The notes under the pieces are model-generated. The model did not search any database. It was not told the origin of the DNA and saw only the letters and a list, made by a program, of their open reading frames with translations. A DNA stretch of 64,000 nt, from contig CAXLNC010000888.1 in assembly GCA_964187785.1 (NCBI GenBank), positions 1 through 64,000 on the forward strand, written 5' to 3'. A program made the translations under genes and the position numbers. Positions 48,990 through 62,348 of the stretch are shown in pieces. The DNA is from Amphiscolops sp. MND2022. Lineage: Eukaryota. Numbering within the stretch: position 1 is the stretch's first letter; each line of letters begins with the position of its first letter.

Positions 48990-51530
48990 AACGATCGAAC
49001 AGACCGCGGCGGAATGGCAAGTGAGACAGCGTTGAGTAAACAAGAATAACAAACAATTAAGACCATAATTGCGAACAATCAAACAGCTCTCTAATGGATA
49101 GCTAATCAATCAACGAGATGTGCGATAATAGCACTATCAAATTCCATGAACCACCTTTGAAAACACCAATGTGATACTCTATAAATCAAGTGAAAGTTCT
49201 CCAAAATTTAGTGAATTATACTTTCGCCTCACAATTCGAAGCTGATGACTTTATCCAAAAGGTCATATCCCTTATAAAGAAACCAGAGCCAACAAAACTC
49301 AACCGCCTCCCCGTGCCGTGGCGCGATAAATTTACATGCTTCAGCTTGGACGACAACGATTTCCTGTACATGGATGAAAGGCTGGTAATCCCGAAAACAC
49401 TACGCCCCATCATATTAAGCAGTCTGCACTATGGACACCCGGGCCGCGACAGTATGCTCGCAACACTAGCCAACGTCTGGTGGCCAAGACTCCATCTCGA
49501 GGTCGTGGGAATCGCGCAAACATGCCAGCAATGCAAAACCTCCGGTAAGAATATCAAAACGGTATTAAGGCAAAAACAAGTATGCCAATTACCAAATTGT
49601 AATGAAACAAATGAAGAAAAAGCGATTGACTTCACAGGCCCCTTTCAGAACGCAATAGGAGCAAAAAGATAAATGTTAGTTTCAATAGACCACTATACAG
49701 GATGGCCGGAAGCCAAATTCTTGCGAAAACCAAATACGGATGAGATAATCGAATTTTTAAAGAATTATATCACACGATACGGAATCCCAAAGACAATAAG
49801 AACAGATCCAGGCACAATATTCTGTAGTATCAAGTTCAAAGAATTTTGTAGAAACCGGTTCATTAATCACGTAGAATGCCCAATCAAAGATCACAGAGGT
49901 AATGGAAAATAAAACGTTTAATCAGAACGATAAACGAACAGCTACGCACAAATAAGAAAATAATAATAACCAAGGACAAATTAGGGCTGTCAGAAATCCT
50001 CTTTGCTCTTAGAGTGAATCCATCAGCTAAAAGAAGGTCGCCATATGAATGTTATACAGGACAAGAACCGAACATGATAAAACGATCAGTTACTAACAAA
50101 AGTCAGTTCATTTCAGAAAACCCGGAAGTCAAGCTAACTGGAGAAGATTTCGAATCAGGACGAGATTCGACAATTATGGTCCGTGAAAGAACGCGCGGAT
50201 CAAAATTGGAAGGATCTTTCAAAAAGCAAAAGGGAACTCTCATCGAGCACGGAAATCCTACCATTACGTTCCTTCCAGCTGGGAGAACTCAAGCCACAGT
50301 CATCTCCAAACGAGACGTGGGATACGACGACCAACAACCATGTTGCTCCAAATGGCCAATGGGTAGAATTAAAACAAACACTACTACAGTAGCACAAAAG
50401 AATAAAAACAAAACTGAGAGTGATGTGCCAACAGAGAATGAAATGCCACAAATGAACGAAATGACAAACCAGCCAAAAGTAACAAACGACAACGAACAAG
50501 CCAATGAGAATCCACATACCACAGCAGAACAAACCAAAACAGCAAAAGCCGCAATGAAAGAATTAAAGAAACGAATACAAAGACGAAAATGGAGAAAAGA
50601 ACAAAAGAAGCAAAAACAACAATCAAAAAAACAAGTCCCAGAACAAAAAGTACTAGAAACGGAATCAGAATCCGAAGAAGAAAAGACAGAAGAAAAGCAG
50701 CAGGAGAAAACCGAAATAAACAAACCCCCAACGAAAGAAAAACAAGCCGGGACCGGCCCAAGTCGGCGCCATATCCAAAGCTCAAAAATAGCAATAAGAC
50801 TTCCAAGTGTCAAGTACTCTTTTACAGTACTCGAAAATCGAAATTTTTTGGAAAAAATTTTTTCGAAAAATTACATACTCAAAAAAATGGACCGAGTGGC
50901 GCGCCGGGGCTCGCGAGCGCGAGCCCCTGGCGCGCTAAAGTCTCACAATGCCGAAAAACTGAAAGGGTGGACCCTTTGAGGTTTTTCAACATCCATTCTG
51001 TCGCAAAACATGAAAAAATTGAAGAAAACAAAAATTTTCATTTTCGGGAAAAAATCTCACAATGCCGAAAAAAAACTGAAAGGGGGGACCCTTTGGGATT
51101 TTTCAACATCCATTCTGTCGCGAAACATCAAAAAAAATGCAGCGGGGACCCTTTGGGGAAAAATTTTTTTTTCGAAAAAAAAGTCTCGCAGGGCCGAAAA
51201 AAATGAAAGGGGGGAGTCTTTGGTCTCGCCCGGTATGGTATGTTACGCGGAAAAACAGGAAAAACCTTTTTGGTTCAGTTCGCTAGACGAAATAGTGAAT
51301 TTTGATGCAATAATATTTTGTAGAACTTTTGTAGAACTATTTTGGTCAGTTCGTGTGGATAGAAAAAAAAGAATCACTATAATAGTCGCGTTTCACTTCA
51401 TGAAGCGCCGACTAAAAAACAATACCACGGCGAAACAAAACCGAAACACAAGAACAAACCCAACGACGTGGAGAACGTAATAGAGCCAAACCAAACTTCT
51501 ACGGCCATAACATAATGGTCACCCAGCTGT
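48990..51530 (+). pseudogene. pol: Gypsy family C integrase plus tail, interrupted by an insertion at 50761-51413
   Basis: LHYGHPGRDSML..WWPRLH..CQQC; IDFTGP; IRTDPGT; RERTRGSKLEG..TVISKRDV. Tail resumes after 51413 with GHNIMV. Confidence 0.9.
50761..51413. mobile_element. 653 bp non-autonomous insertion with 9 bp terminal inverted repeat AGTCGGCGC and internal ~115-130 bp tandem units
   Basis: agtcggcgc at 50761 and gcgccgact ending at 51413. Units a(g/a)tctc(a/g)ca..gccgaaaaa at ~50938, 51052 and 51181. It splits the gypsy tail ORF. Confidence 0.75.
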
Positions 51531-51763
51531 CCCCAAAAGAAAACAAAACGAAGGGGAAATGCCAGAAAAGAAGGAAAAAGCAAGTAACAAAAAATTGCCA
51601 CAAGAAGGGGAGAGGACAGAAGGAGAGAGCTAAAAACTCAAAACCAAAGAACATTGTGAAATCAGTTCACACCATTTGAAGTCATGTAAACAAAATACAT
51701 ACTTATATACATTAACCAAAACGTAAACAGGTTGTAAATTTAACTACAAAGTTTACTGAGAGA

Positions 51764-52119
51764 CAGAGTTTTGACACCGCTAATCAGCGATTCAGCGAAT
51801 TAGCGGCCGCGCAAGAATTTTTCAGCGATTTCTTTAGCGACTCAAATTAGCGGTAACTAAGAGACCCTCCAAATTCAAATATTCGGGTATAGACGATGTT
51901 TAAGATGAATTTCGGAAAAATTCCAACTGTTATCCTGGTAAAACAAGCACAGTAAACAAATTTCTAGTCTTTTTTCTTCCAAAAACCGAAAAAGTTATTT
52001 TGAAACATACTTGAAGCTAAACATTTAATAGTTTGCAGAAAAAGCTTTTCAGCGAAGTAGCGATTTTTAAATTGGCGGTTTAGCGATTAGCAGAAAAAAT
52101 TAGCGATATCAAAACCCTG
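51764..52119. mobile_element. hAT-type MITE (356 bp)
   Basis: TIR CAG(A/G)GTTTTGA; 8 bp TSD ctgagaga/ctgagagt; subterminal TTAGCG/AGCGAT repeats. Confidence 0.85.
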
Positions 52120-52133
52120 CTGAGAGTTATAAC

Positions 52134-52516
52134 CAGGGAGGCGATTTGTATGTTTAAACATAAAACATATGGTAAAACATATTTTACATGTTTAGGCATA
52201 TTTGTAAAATTGTGACATATTCAGCATATTGTGACCTAGTTTTCACATATTTCTAAGAAAAACTGAGCAGTGAGCTTGCTTTATCTCAGAAATAGAGCCT
52301 GATGCTTCACTTTTTCTCATTGGCTACGATAATTTTCAGAGACCATGGGTCGATCGAAAGTCAGCGCAGAGCTTACGATTAGCAAATTGCCAGGAATTGT
52401 TTTTCAACATAGATTTTTCAGACATATTCGACCATGTTTTTTGCATATTTTGCTCTTTTTTGGACAAATTTATGGACATGTTTCGGGTGAAATATGGACA
52501 AACAATTGCATCCCTG
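52134..52516. mobile_element. hAT-type MITE (383 bp)
   Basis: TIR CAGGGA(G/T)GC(G/A)ATT; perfect 8 bp TSD GTTATAAC; subterminal ACATAT repeats. Confidence 0.88.
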
Positions 52517-53379
52517 GTTATAACCCGATAAACTTTTAGTTATTGTGGGGGATATGGCAGAGCGCCAAGCGATGCTATGAACTCACTCAAAGAAATCAGA
52601 TTGTTGATCAACAAAACTGTATTCAAGTTTTAAAAGATAAAAATCATTTGCCACATGGTCTATACGTTACGTACAGTTGATTCACTTAAAGTATTAACAA
52701 CTGCAGTTTTATCGAGCCCTTTAACAGGCTGATTTTCACCAACTGCCATTTTTTAATTGCATTTAACGAATGAGCTAGTTCTTGAATGCTACTAAAACGA
52801 CTGTGGAAAGTAAGGCCATATCTTTATACATGTGTCGTGGAAACCACATACATATCTTAAACTGTAAAAAAAGAACTACCAAAGGGGGTAGTACGCCAAT
52901 ATGTAAATTTTAAAATACCGTAATAGTGTCATGGAACAATGGCTCATTTTTGAATGGTGTTTTATAGTATTCTGGCATTTATTGTTATTTTGCTCGTAAT
53001 TAAAATCTGGTAGATTTTGTTACACTTCAACTTTTCGATTAGTTCTCCCTGGTTTATCATGTCCTCTACTTCTCGCGACGTAACGGGGTACGATGTGTTG
53101 GTTTCTCTTTCGCTGTAGCTGATCTTAGGACTTCACGTTTCAGCAGAGTATGAAAAATGTGGTCTCTTACAACTAACTTGAAAAGTACAAAAGCCTCAGC
53201 TTACTGCTCAAACAATTTTTTTGTTTTACTACACCACTCGGTAAATGGGGTTTTAGCACGGGTTCCTAATATGGTTACTACAACCACATATGATGTGTAA
53301 AATTGTTTAAGATTACAACTCATGTATAGGCAACAAGAACATAAAATTACAGTAACATATGATGTTTTGTTTTGTTTCA

Positions 53380-54810
53380 GGGCTTCTCTACCTCATAAAC
53401 GCTTGGCGACCATCAAATTTTGCTCCAACCAATCAGGCTTTCTTTTGTTTCTTTTTGAGACTCTCTGTTGGCTTACTTCCCACTTGATCTCTCCTAGGAT
53501 TGCATGCCCGTTGTTTTGTCTGAGGTTTTCTTCTTCTTCTTGTCCGTTGTTTTCATTCGCCACTGCAGTAGCTTCTCCCTCTGCCTGCGTTTCATAATCT
53601 TTCGATCCTGACTCAGTCTCATTTTCCTCAATTTTGTTCTTTCTTGTTCTCGTACATCTGCTTTTGCTAAGCTTCCACTTTGAGTCGCTTGCCCCATTTC
53701 TTCATTCAATGGGTATTTTGAGGCTCTTATGTTCAATGGCAATTTCTTCGTAACTGTCACTTTTTCACCTTTTGGTATTCTTTGACGTTTCTTCTTTTCT
53801 GCCGAATTTGACTTTGTGTTGCTTTGTTGAGCAGTGCCTTGTTGAGCCGTTGTGTTTGCTACATCCATCTTTGAAATGATTAGGCTTTTTCCACATCTTG
53901 GCAGAATAGCTAGAGTGTTTCCGGTCTCTTGCACGATGTTGCTTCGCAGTTTTTTGAAGGCTCCTTTTAACTTTGTGCCTCGCCCACGTTCGCGGACCAA
54001 AATTGTGGAATCTGGTTGGTCACTGAAGTCTTCTGGCTCTATTTCAATCAGCGGGTCTCTATCTAAAAGAAACCTTTCCTATCATAGCAGATTTTAATCC
54101 AGTCTTACCCAGTGCAGGATTTGTTATTTATTCGTTTCTTGCACCTGCAGAATTGTGTTCAGAAACAAAAAATTATCGAAGCCATAATCTCAGCCACCAA
54201 GCTAAATGTAAGTTGCTGTTTGTTACCTAACATTTTCGATCAGTAAAAATCGTTCTTCAAAATTGAGTTTTCAATTTCCCATAGATTTTGTTTCTTTTTC
54301 TTTTTTAAAGAAAAATCCACTAGTCACTTTTGAAACTAAAATAAATCCATTTTTCCTAACAATCGTCCCGCGCATTGAAAGTTGAAACAAATTGAAAACT
54401 AGCAAAAAAGCTATTGTTAAGGTATTCGGTTTTCCTACTATTAAAACATTTCAAATTCTTACCTGCTTTTGAGCACTCAGAACACTTCTGGGCCTTCTCG
54501 ACAATTTGGCGATGAATGTGCGGCCACTACACATCCGCCGCTTCTCGTAACATTGAATCGCAGCCTGCATGGCCAAAAAGTATAGCTCTAAAAAATTTTC
54601 TTGCAGATTCTTCGGGTTAACTAATCTCTGGTCCATGTATAAAAGGCCCTGATTGTCGATGCCGAATGCATTAAATTTTTCCCTCCAGGGAGGGGGAAGA
54701 CGAAAAATTACAGCCACGTTTCGCTCTTTAACGAGCTTTATTACCTTTTGGATAGTTTTATTGGCTTCGTAATTGGCCTGGACATACAAGCGGCTAATTC
54801 TAGAATTTGC
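53380..54810 (-). pseudogene. pol: Gypsy family C fragments (integrase N-terminus 54420-54810; tail 53380-54100)
   Basis: RLPPPWREKFNAF..LYMDQRLV..; MVRERGRGTKLKGAFKK..LIISKMDV. Confidence 0.85.
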
Positions 54811-56139
54811 CAAATCGTTTCGATACGATTTTTAGCCCACACCCGGCGAATGCATCGTCAATGATCTTTTCGAATTTTCTGTATTTGATCGTGAATTGCT
54901 TCTCAGCCATGACTTCGAACATTTTGCAGTCGATAAACAGCAAAGTTTCATCGACTTGTACCGAATGGGCATTCCAATGTGCTAAGGGGTCCATTGAAAG
55001 AGCGTTGATATGAGATGTTAACAACGTTGTATTCAACTCAACTAGTGATGAAGATGTATGAAGGAAGGTCACAGTGACTATCTGAAAGATTTGCAACGCT
55101 TTGACTCTTTGATTTAAAAGATGAACCGACACGATAACAAAAGGAGGGACATTCAACACCTTAATAAAAATGAGCTCTTGAATGAATAAGTAACAGCCTT
55201 CTTTTTACGTGACGTGGGAACCATTTTTTCGTAACTAATATATTTTGAAACCAAACTAATACAAACGGATAAGATTATGCACGTAACACTAAGCTCATTC
55301 GTTAAAGTAAACTAGTCAAAAAACTGAAGTTTAAAGGAATCTGCCAGATTTTGATGACAAACCAGACTTTTTTGAACGCCACTATTTTCTAAAACGTCTT
55401 TCAAAATTGAGCAATATTTCCATGACACTAATACAGTATATTAAAACTTACATATTGACGTACTACCCCCTTCGGTAGTTGTTCGAATACAGCTTAAGAT
55501 ATGTATGCGGTTTCCACGACACATGTATAACATTTATAAAGATATGGTCCATGTATAACATTTATAAAGATATGGTCTTACTTTCCATAGTTGTTTTCAT
55601 GGCCATTGAACAATAAATGCTATTTTGGTGGAAATCAGGACAAAGGGTGGTATGGATAATTGACTGAACTTAATCCGATCATCTGGCTGAAAGTCTGGTT
55701 CTTATGTATCTGAGGAGTATTCGGAAAGTGAACAAAACGAGAAGTTTTAAAAAACAAAAAAAGTGTTCAGAATAAATAGACTCTTGAAAAAGCACAGGAA
55801 GATCTTTGTCAGCAAGTCGCCATTCACGAAAAAAGGGACAGAGCTGTCGGGTCCTCGTAATCGAATTTAAATTCTTCGAAAGGGCTGATATCTCTTATAG
55901 CCCTGAAACAGCAAACTCGGGACTGGTCATAAAGCACAATGTTAGTTTGATTTTATGTTTGCATCTTTGGAACAGTGGTTAATGATTCGTCCCAAACCTC
56001 GATTTTTTGGGTTACTTTCACATATCTCGGAGGAAGCGTTGATCAGTCTCCGCCCGGGATCTTTCACTTGGAACAAAGATGTTTCAAGAACACCTTACAA
56101 AATCAAACATTTTTCAACAGAATTTGAAATGAAATAATC

Positions 56140-56900
56140 CAAAAATGAATTAGAGTTACTAGCTGTCGTGTGAGCATTTTAAACATGCTGTATACGGTAC
56201 ACTATTTGGAGTCAAATCTGATCACAAGGCTTTACAAAGCGTTCTGAGTGCAAATAAAACGTCTTCAAGCTGTTTAACACGTTGGGTAGATCGTCTATTA
56301 CCATATGAGTTTAGTGTGGTACATATTTCGGGGAGAACGCTGGGAATGGCGGACTATTTATCAAGGCATCCACCCCACTGTAATGGAACATCTATAAAAT
56401 CAAAAAGGACTTTAGAGATAGGTTTACTATAAACGTAGTAGACGAATTCACAGGCGGATTAGAACAAACGTTTTTGGCGAACTTCAAAACGTTTGAAACG
56501 AAGCGGGTTAATCAAATTGCGAGAAAGCCAGAGCCGTAAGCGAAATACAACTAGCCGCGTATTTACAGCGTTGAACGAGTGTATGAATAGTGAATATTGT
56601 GATAAAATAACTCAACGTGTTGATTTATCTCAAAACGCCAAATTGAATTCAAACGCCAATTTGACTGAAATTGATTTTTGTAATGAAAAGGATAGAGATT
56701 TGAAATCTTCAAGAATCAGTGGAGTTTACGTCAGAGCGAAGTTTGAAAAAGATCAAAATATACAAAAAACATCAGCTTAGTAAATGATCGTATTGCTGGA
56801 CAAATTTCAAGGCTTCCCCCACCATGGGATATTAACCAGGAAAGTCAGGACGCAAAACAAAGAAGCCGGATTGGTTGGGCCACAACGCCATGGTCAAGAA
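56140..56900 (+). pseudogene. pol: Gypsy family C RNase H and linker, joined by deletion to the extreme tail
   Basis: ELELLAVV, VKSDHKALQSVL, LTRWVDRLLPYEFSVVHISGRTLGMADYLSRHP, then RLPPPW directly followed by KPDWLGHNAMV-like sequence. Confidence 0.85.
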
Positions 56901-58569
56901 ATTGAGAGAGGAAAAAATGCCGAAGGAAACTACAAATAGAATTTGAAAAAACAAACCTGAAAATCATCGTTGCTAACATACAGTCTATGTACATCTTAAC
57001 CTACATTCAATTGTTACTTTTAGTCGGATTTATCCTGATGTTACTTGTATTATTTTATTGGCTCACTAGTAATCAATCAGATTCAAGTGCAATGAATGGA
57101 TTTGGCGCAACACTTAGTACTGAAGTTGGCGTTATTATTTTTTAACTGGACATCATTATCTAAATAGGGGCGTGTGATAGGGTAAAAAAATAACATAAGA
57201 TGCCGTTCGAGGTGTTATTATTGAACAACCCGCTACTAGCCTTTAGTAATGCCACCTTTATCTGATTTGCTAATCTACGGATTAGTGACCGAACAATATT
57301 CTTCTTGTTAAGCCTTTTAGGGCTCAGCTCTAAACACAACCGGTACCACTCAAATCTAATCCAGTACAACAGAAATCCAAAGAAGAAATTATAAGCCTCT
57401 CGAGCCACTCTTTCACTACTGCTTTAACAGAAGGAACTTAATGATTTGTTGATTTGTTCTTTTCATATATATTTTTTTATTTAGATGATCAATTAATTTT
57501 ATTCATATACAGTCATTTTCTGTACAAAGCTCTAAATGGTTTGAGTTAACGTAGAGAGAGAAACGCGTAGAGAGAGGAAATAAATATTATAATACACAAA
57601 TATTCGTACTTTTCAAAATTTATTCCAGTTTTGAACAAACTGCCAGATCATCACAATCTGCCAGTTTTTGATGACATGCTGCAATTTTGGTACCAGTCAT
57701 AAGTATCTCTATTCGTACTTTGGGATTTTTCGTGTCACTCAAAACAATTTTAATTGATATAAAATTGATTTGATTTAAGCTCTTCTACCTTTCCAATAAG
57801 GATCATGCAAAATGATTATTATAATACACAAATATTCGAGTTTTTCGAAAAGAGGGCGTTAGCCAACAGAGAAGCTTTAGAAGCGGACAAGGAGTAAAAC
57901 TATAGCCAGTATGTCAAATCAACGAACGCGCCAGAGAGTCTCTCTGACTTCTCATAGCAACACAACTGGACTAAAAAAGTGCTAGTCTCACAAAAACACA
58001 GAAACAATTTTGCACGGCATTTAATGAAAACATGGCATTTATTTATAACTGTCTTGTCATTGAAATATAGCAGATTTTCATCAGCTGCCATTTTTTAGAT
58101 ACATTCAACGAATGAGCTCGTTCTTGGGTGGTCCTAAAACGACTGTGGAAAGTAAGACCATATCTTTATACAAGTGTGTGTCTTGGAAACCGCAGACATA
58201 TCTTAAACTGTAAAAAAAACAACTACCAGAGGGGGTAGTACGTCAATTATCAAATCTGACTGCATTGTCGTGGTTTCCACCATTTTGAGCATATTGTCCT
58301 GGTTTCCACCTAAATAGCATTCATTGCTCAATGACCACGAGAGCGACTGTGGAAAGTAGGACCATATCATTATACATGTGTCGTGGAAACAACATACATA
58401 TCCTAAACTGTTAGAAAAGAACTACCAAAGGGGGTAGTACTTCAATATGTAAAGTTTAAAATACCGTAATAGTGTCATGGAAGTATTGCTCAAATTTGAA
58501 AGACGTTTTAGAAAATTCTGGCATTTATTCATATCTGGCTTGTCATTAAAATATGTCAGAATTTGATAA

Positions 58570-59400
58570 AGTAATCCGTTTTCGCGTGGTTCCAAATTGG
58601 ACCGATAATTCAAGAAGAAAACGGCTCAGCTAATTGGAGAATCGAGCCATACTGTGACAATTCTGCCAAGCCGAGGAAGCCCTCGGGTAATATCCAAAAG
58701 AGATATAGCAATCGAGAGAAAAGAGGCGGAAAACCCGGGACCGTCAAAAAGGCAGGAAGTATCGGAAGATGAGTTTAGCAGCAGTGAAGAAGAAAGGCCA
58801 AAACAAGTCAACTTGCCAAATAGTCAAGAAATGCCAAATGAGGCCAAATTGCCAATTGAAGGAGAAGTACCAGAAAGGTCAGAGACTTCAAATGAGGTGC
58901 ATATGCCGAAGCAAAAAACAACAAGACTGGAAACAGTATCAATAGAAGAAGAAAAGATGAAAGAAGACACGAAAAAACCGGAAGAAATGGAAAAAGAGGA
59001 GTCTCCGAGAAAGGGAGGAAAAACAAGATCGGGCAGAACGGGGAAGAAACCCAATTGGTTGGGTCACAATGTTATGGTTTTGGCCATAAAGAAAGCTGAA
59101 GCAAAATAAAAGACTTACAATTTAAAACTTTTACCAAAGTGAAGTTCTTGATTGTGCTATGCTATTCACAATGCCTTTTGTTTCACGATTGTATTATCAT
59201 TAACCAAGTACTATATTATCCTAATTTGTAGTCTAATAATCCCTGAAGTATTATTATAAAAAGGGGGAATGCGGTAGACATGTAAATGCGCAAGTACCTG
59301 CCATAATACCATTCGTTATTGCCATTCGTTATTGCCATTCGTTACAGATTCGTCAATACAGTTGTTATTGCCAATTCTTCCTTTTGCCAAGTCTTACAAA
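58570..59400 (+). mobile_element. Gypsy family C tail, PPT (AAAAAGGGGGAA 59258-59269) and start of LTR (TG at 59270)
   Basis: TILPSRGSPRVISKRDI...KKPNWLGHNVMV*. Purine tract then TGCGG. Triple ccattcgtta(ttg) repeat inside. Confidence 0.75.
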
Positions 59401-59900
59401 AACGTTAACAGCTGTAGTTAATTGAACATTTTAAAAATTACGTATATGGTACCCGATTGGGAGTTGCTTCGGAGCATAAGGCGCTAAAAATTGTTATGAG
59501 TGCAAACAATGTAAACAAAAAAAATTTCAAGCTGTTTAACGCGATGAGTAGATCGGCTTTTGCCGTACGATTTTCATATTGCACAAACACCGTGGAGAAC
59601 TCTGGGAGTAGCTGACTATTTGTCAAGGCATACTTCTTAATGTAAAGGATCAATCATTCAATCTGAGGAATTGTTCAAATATTGGTTCACCGTAAATGTA
59701 TTAGACGAGTTCACAAACGGATTAAATTGGACGGCATTGGCGAGAAGAAACCGACCTTTGAATTCCTTTTTTAGCCGAAATTTGTTGCCATTAGAAGTCA
59801 GACAGACAAAATATGTCCATAATATCTTTCGTGCGACAAAAAGCCGGCCTCTGAAAACGCTAACCAATCGAAAGCGCACTATTTTCAAAATCTGCCATAT
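59395..59900 (+). pseudogene. pol: Gypsy family C RNase H and linker fragment
   Basis: IEHFKNYVYGT..SEHKAL..VDRLLPYDF..GVADYLSR; WFTVNVLDEF. Confidence 0.85.
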
Positions 59901-61267
59901 TTAAATGAAAAGCCAGATATAAATAAATGTCAGAATATTCGAAAATGTCATTCGAAATTGAGCAATACGTCCGTGTCACTATTACGGTATATGAAAAATT
60001 ACATATTGACGTACTACCCCCTTTGGTAGTTGTTTTCTTACAGTTTAAGATATGTATGTGGTTTCCACGACACATGTATAAAGATATGGTCTTACTTTCC
60101 ATAGTTGTTTTCGTGGCCATTGAACAATGAACGCTATTTTGGTGGAAACCAGGACATCATGCTCAAAATGGTGGATACCAGGACAATACAGTCAGAATTA
60201 AAAATTGCTGTACTACACCCTTTGGTAGTTGTCTTCTCACAGTTTAAAATGTGTATGTGGTTTCCAAGACACATGTATAAAGATATTGTCTTATTTTCCT
60301 TTGTCGTTTTAGTACCATTCAAGAACTAGCTCATTCGTTGAATGCTAATAAAAAACTGGCAATTGATAAAAATCTGCCATCTTTCGATGACAAGACAGTA
60401 ATAAATAAATGCCACGTTTTCAAAAAATGCCATGCTAAATTGTTTTCAGTGTTTTCGTGTGACTAGAACTTTTGAGACAAATTTTGTGTTTATTACAAGT
60501 CAGAGAGACAAAATCTGCCCATAAAATCTTTCGTTAGGACAAAATACCTGCATCTTAGTTTTTCAATATGAAGGAAGATTTTGTGAAAATTTGGTCCCAA
60601 TGGTGAGTATTTTTTACTAACGATTGGGATCAAAATATTTCTGGTTCAATTTCACGTTTGAATTACTTTTGAGACGATGTTCGTGGCTATTACATGTCAT
60701 GATTGGGGACATACGGGATAAATTATGGACGGACTAGTCACATTTGCAAAATTCACAATCAGCTTCAAATCAAAACCCTGTAATTTATATGTATCTGAAT
60801 GTTTTGATTTTGTCTCAGACTTTCTTTTCAAGAATTACTTAGATTTAGAAATTGACTCAATTGAAATATAAAGACGTGGCTGAGAAGCAGCGAGGTTCTG
60901 ATTCACGATTCAATTGCATTATCTGACCAAAGAGAAATTGTTGATCTCACTTGTCCGTAATCAAGGTTCTAATTATTTGTTAGCTCGAAAAAGTTTCTTA
61001 ATGTGTCTTTGTGTTCAGTAAAGAAGGCGAGTATTGCATCAAAGCCAACTTAAGTTTGAAAAACCGCGAAGGGATAGTGAGCAAAGGAAACGTTCCCTTA
61101 ATTTGAAATTTTCAATATTTGCTAAAATTTTGGTTACTGGTTTAACCAGTCTGGTTATCATTCATTTGCAATACTGCCTAGCAAAAACTTGCATAACTTC
61201 GAAACCGAACTCCACTTCTGCTATTTTTCTTACCTTAGTGTTTGATACCTTCATCTTATATCACAGA

Positions 61268-61514
61268 ATGCCTCAGTGCATGGTCTGCCACGAAGAAACC
61301 CGAACGAGTGCCCTCCACGACTAACACTTCCTCTGTGAGGGATGCCGCGATCATTGGATTGACGTGATGGATCGCGACAAAGAGCGCAGAGGGTTGGCCC
61401 TGGCAGGCGAGACTGGAAGTTGCGTGCCCCCTTTGCCGGAAGCACTGTGTCCTAAAGAACGGGCCCAGTGAAAGCGCAAGAATCGACCCGTTCTTCGAAT
61501 TTACAATGCGATGA
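61268..61514 (+). pseudogene. RING-finger (C3HC4-like) fragment with a stop and a frameshift
   Basis: MPQCMVCHEE...LHD*HFLCEGC..W, then in another frame EVACPLCRK. Confidence 0.6.
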
Positions 61515-61565
61515 AAAGAGACTTCTTCAAACACGACTTTCTGATTTGATCCATTTTTAACATAA

Positions 61566-61824
61566 GAGCAAATAACATAAAACCAAAATTAGTTTCAAAT
61601 AACATAAAAATGAAATGAGTTTCACTAAACTAAAAAAATTGTTTACGAGAAGCTTTTAGTGGCCCAAGCATTCGCAATTCAAAAGATTCATTGAAAAAAG
61701 TGTGAAAACTACAGATAAAAGTTTCTGAGTTCGATTGTTTATTCGGTTTTGTTTTTTATGTGATATGAAACGAATTTCAATTTTATGTTATTTGAAGCTA
61801 ATTTTGTCTTTATGTCGATTGCTC
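61566..61824. repeat. Fold-back with 59 bp arms (61566-61624 / 61766-61824), 50/59 matches; old MITE-like
   Basis: Direct alignment of the left arm with the reverse complement of the right arm. Confidence 0.8.
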
Positions 61825-61844
61825 ACATGTTATTTGGTACGTAA

Positions 61845-62339
61845 CAGGGGTGGGAGTTTTACTCGGCGAGTAATTTGGCGTCTTAAGATTAAATCGTTAA
61901 ATGTATGAAACAAATCGCTCGTATTTTTCAGAAATGTGTAGGGTTCGCTTTTTTTACAACTACGGTTTAAGGGTTACGGTTTGGCACTACGGGTTTCGGT
62001 CCACGGTCTGAAAATTCCACACCCCAGCACATAAGTGAACACATTTCACAGCGGAACAATAAAGTTTCGTAAAATAACTGTTTGTGAAGTGATCTGAGGT
62101 TTTGAATGGAGGAATAAGATGAAAAGTCTTCTCGTACTACGATAAACTCTTCACTGATGAGCAACAGACTTGAAACAATGACTCAATTTGTGAACTGTTG
62201 TTCCTTCATTTAAATTCAACAACGCTTTGATCCAACTTTTTCTATTCAACGAGTAATTGAGCGAGTAAAACAACATTAAATTCCCGAGTATTACCCCGAG
62301 TAATTCGTCGTTTTGCTCCGTCTAAAACTGCCAGCTCTG
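61845..62339. mobile_element. Older hAT-like MITE (495 bp)
   Basis: TIR CAGGGGTGGGAGTTTTA vs CAGAGCTGGCAGTTTTA (14/17); degenerate TSD gtacgtaa/gtacagta; CGAGTAA subterminal repeats. Confidence 0.6.
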
Positions 62340-62348
62340 GTACAGTAC

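Noticed and set aside
50200-50813. Phe/Ser/Leu-rich minus-strand ORFs (also 46752..47088, 58808..59054)
   Set aside because: Antisense shadows of Lys/Glu-rich gypsy tails.
54800-55159. 119 aa minus ORF as the missing 5' BTB exon
   Set aside because: Lacks the BTB N-terminal pattern (D..L......F.AH..VL...S.YF); no supporting motif, left unassigned.
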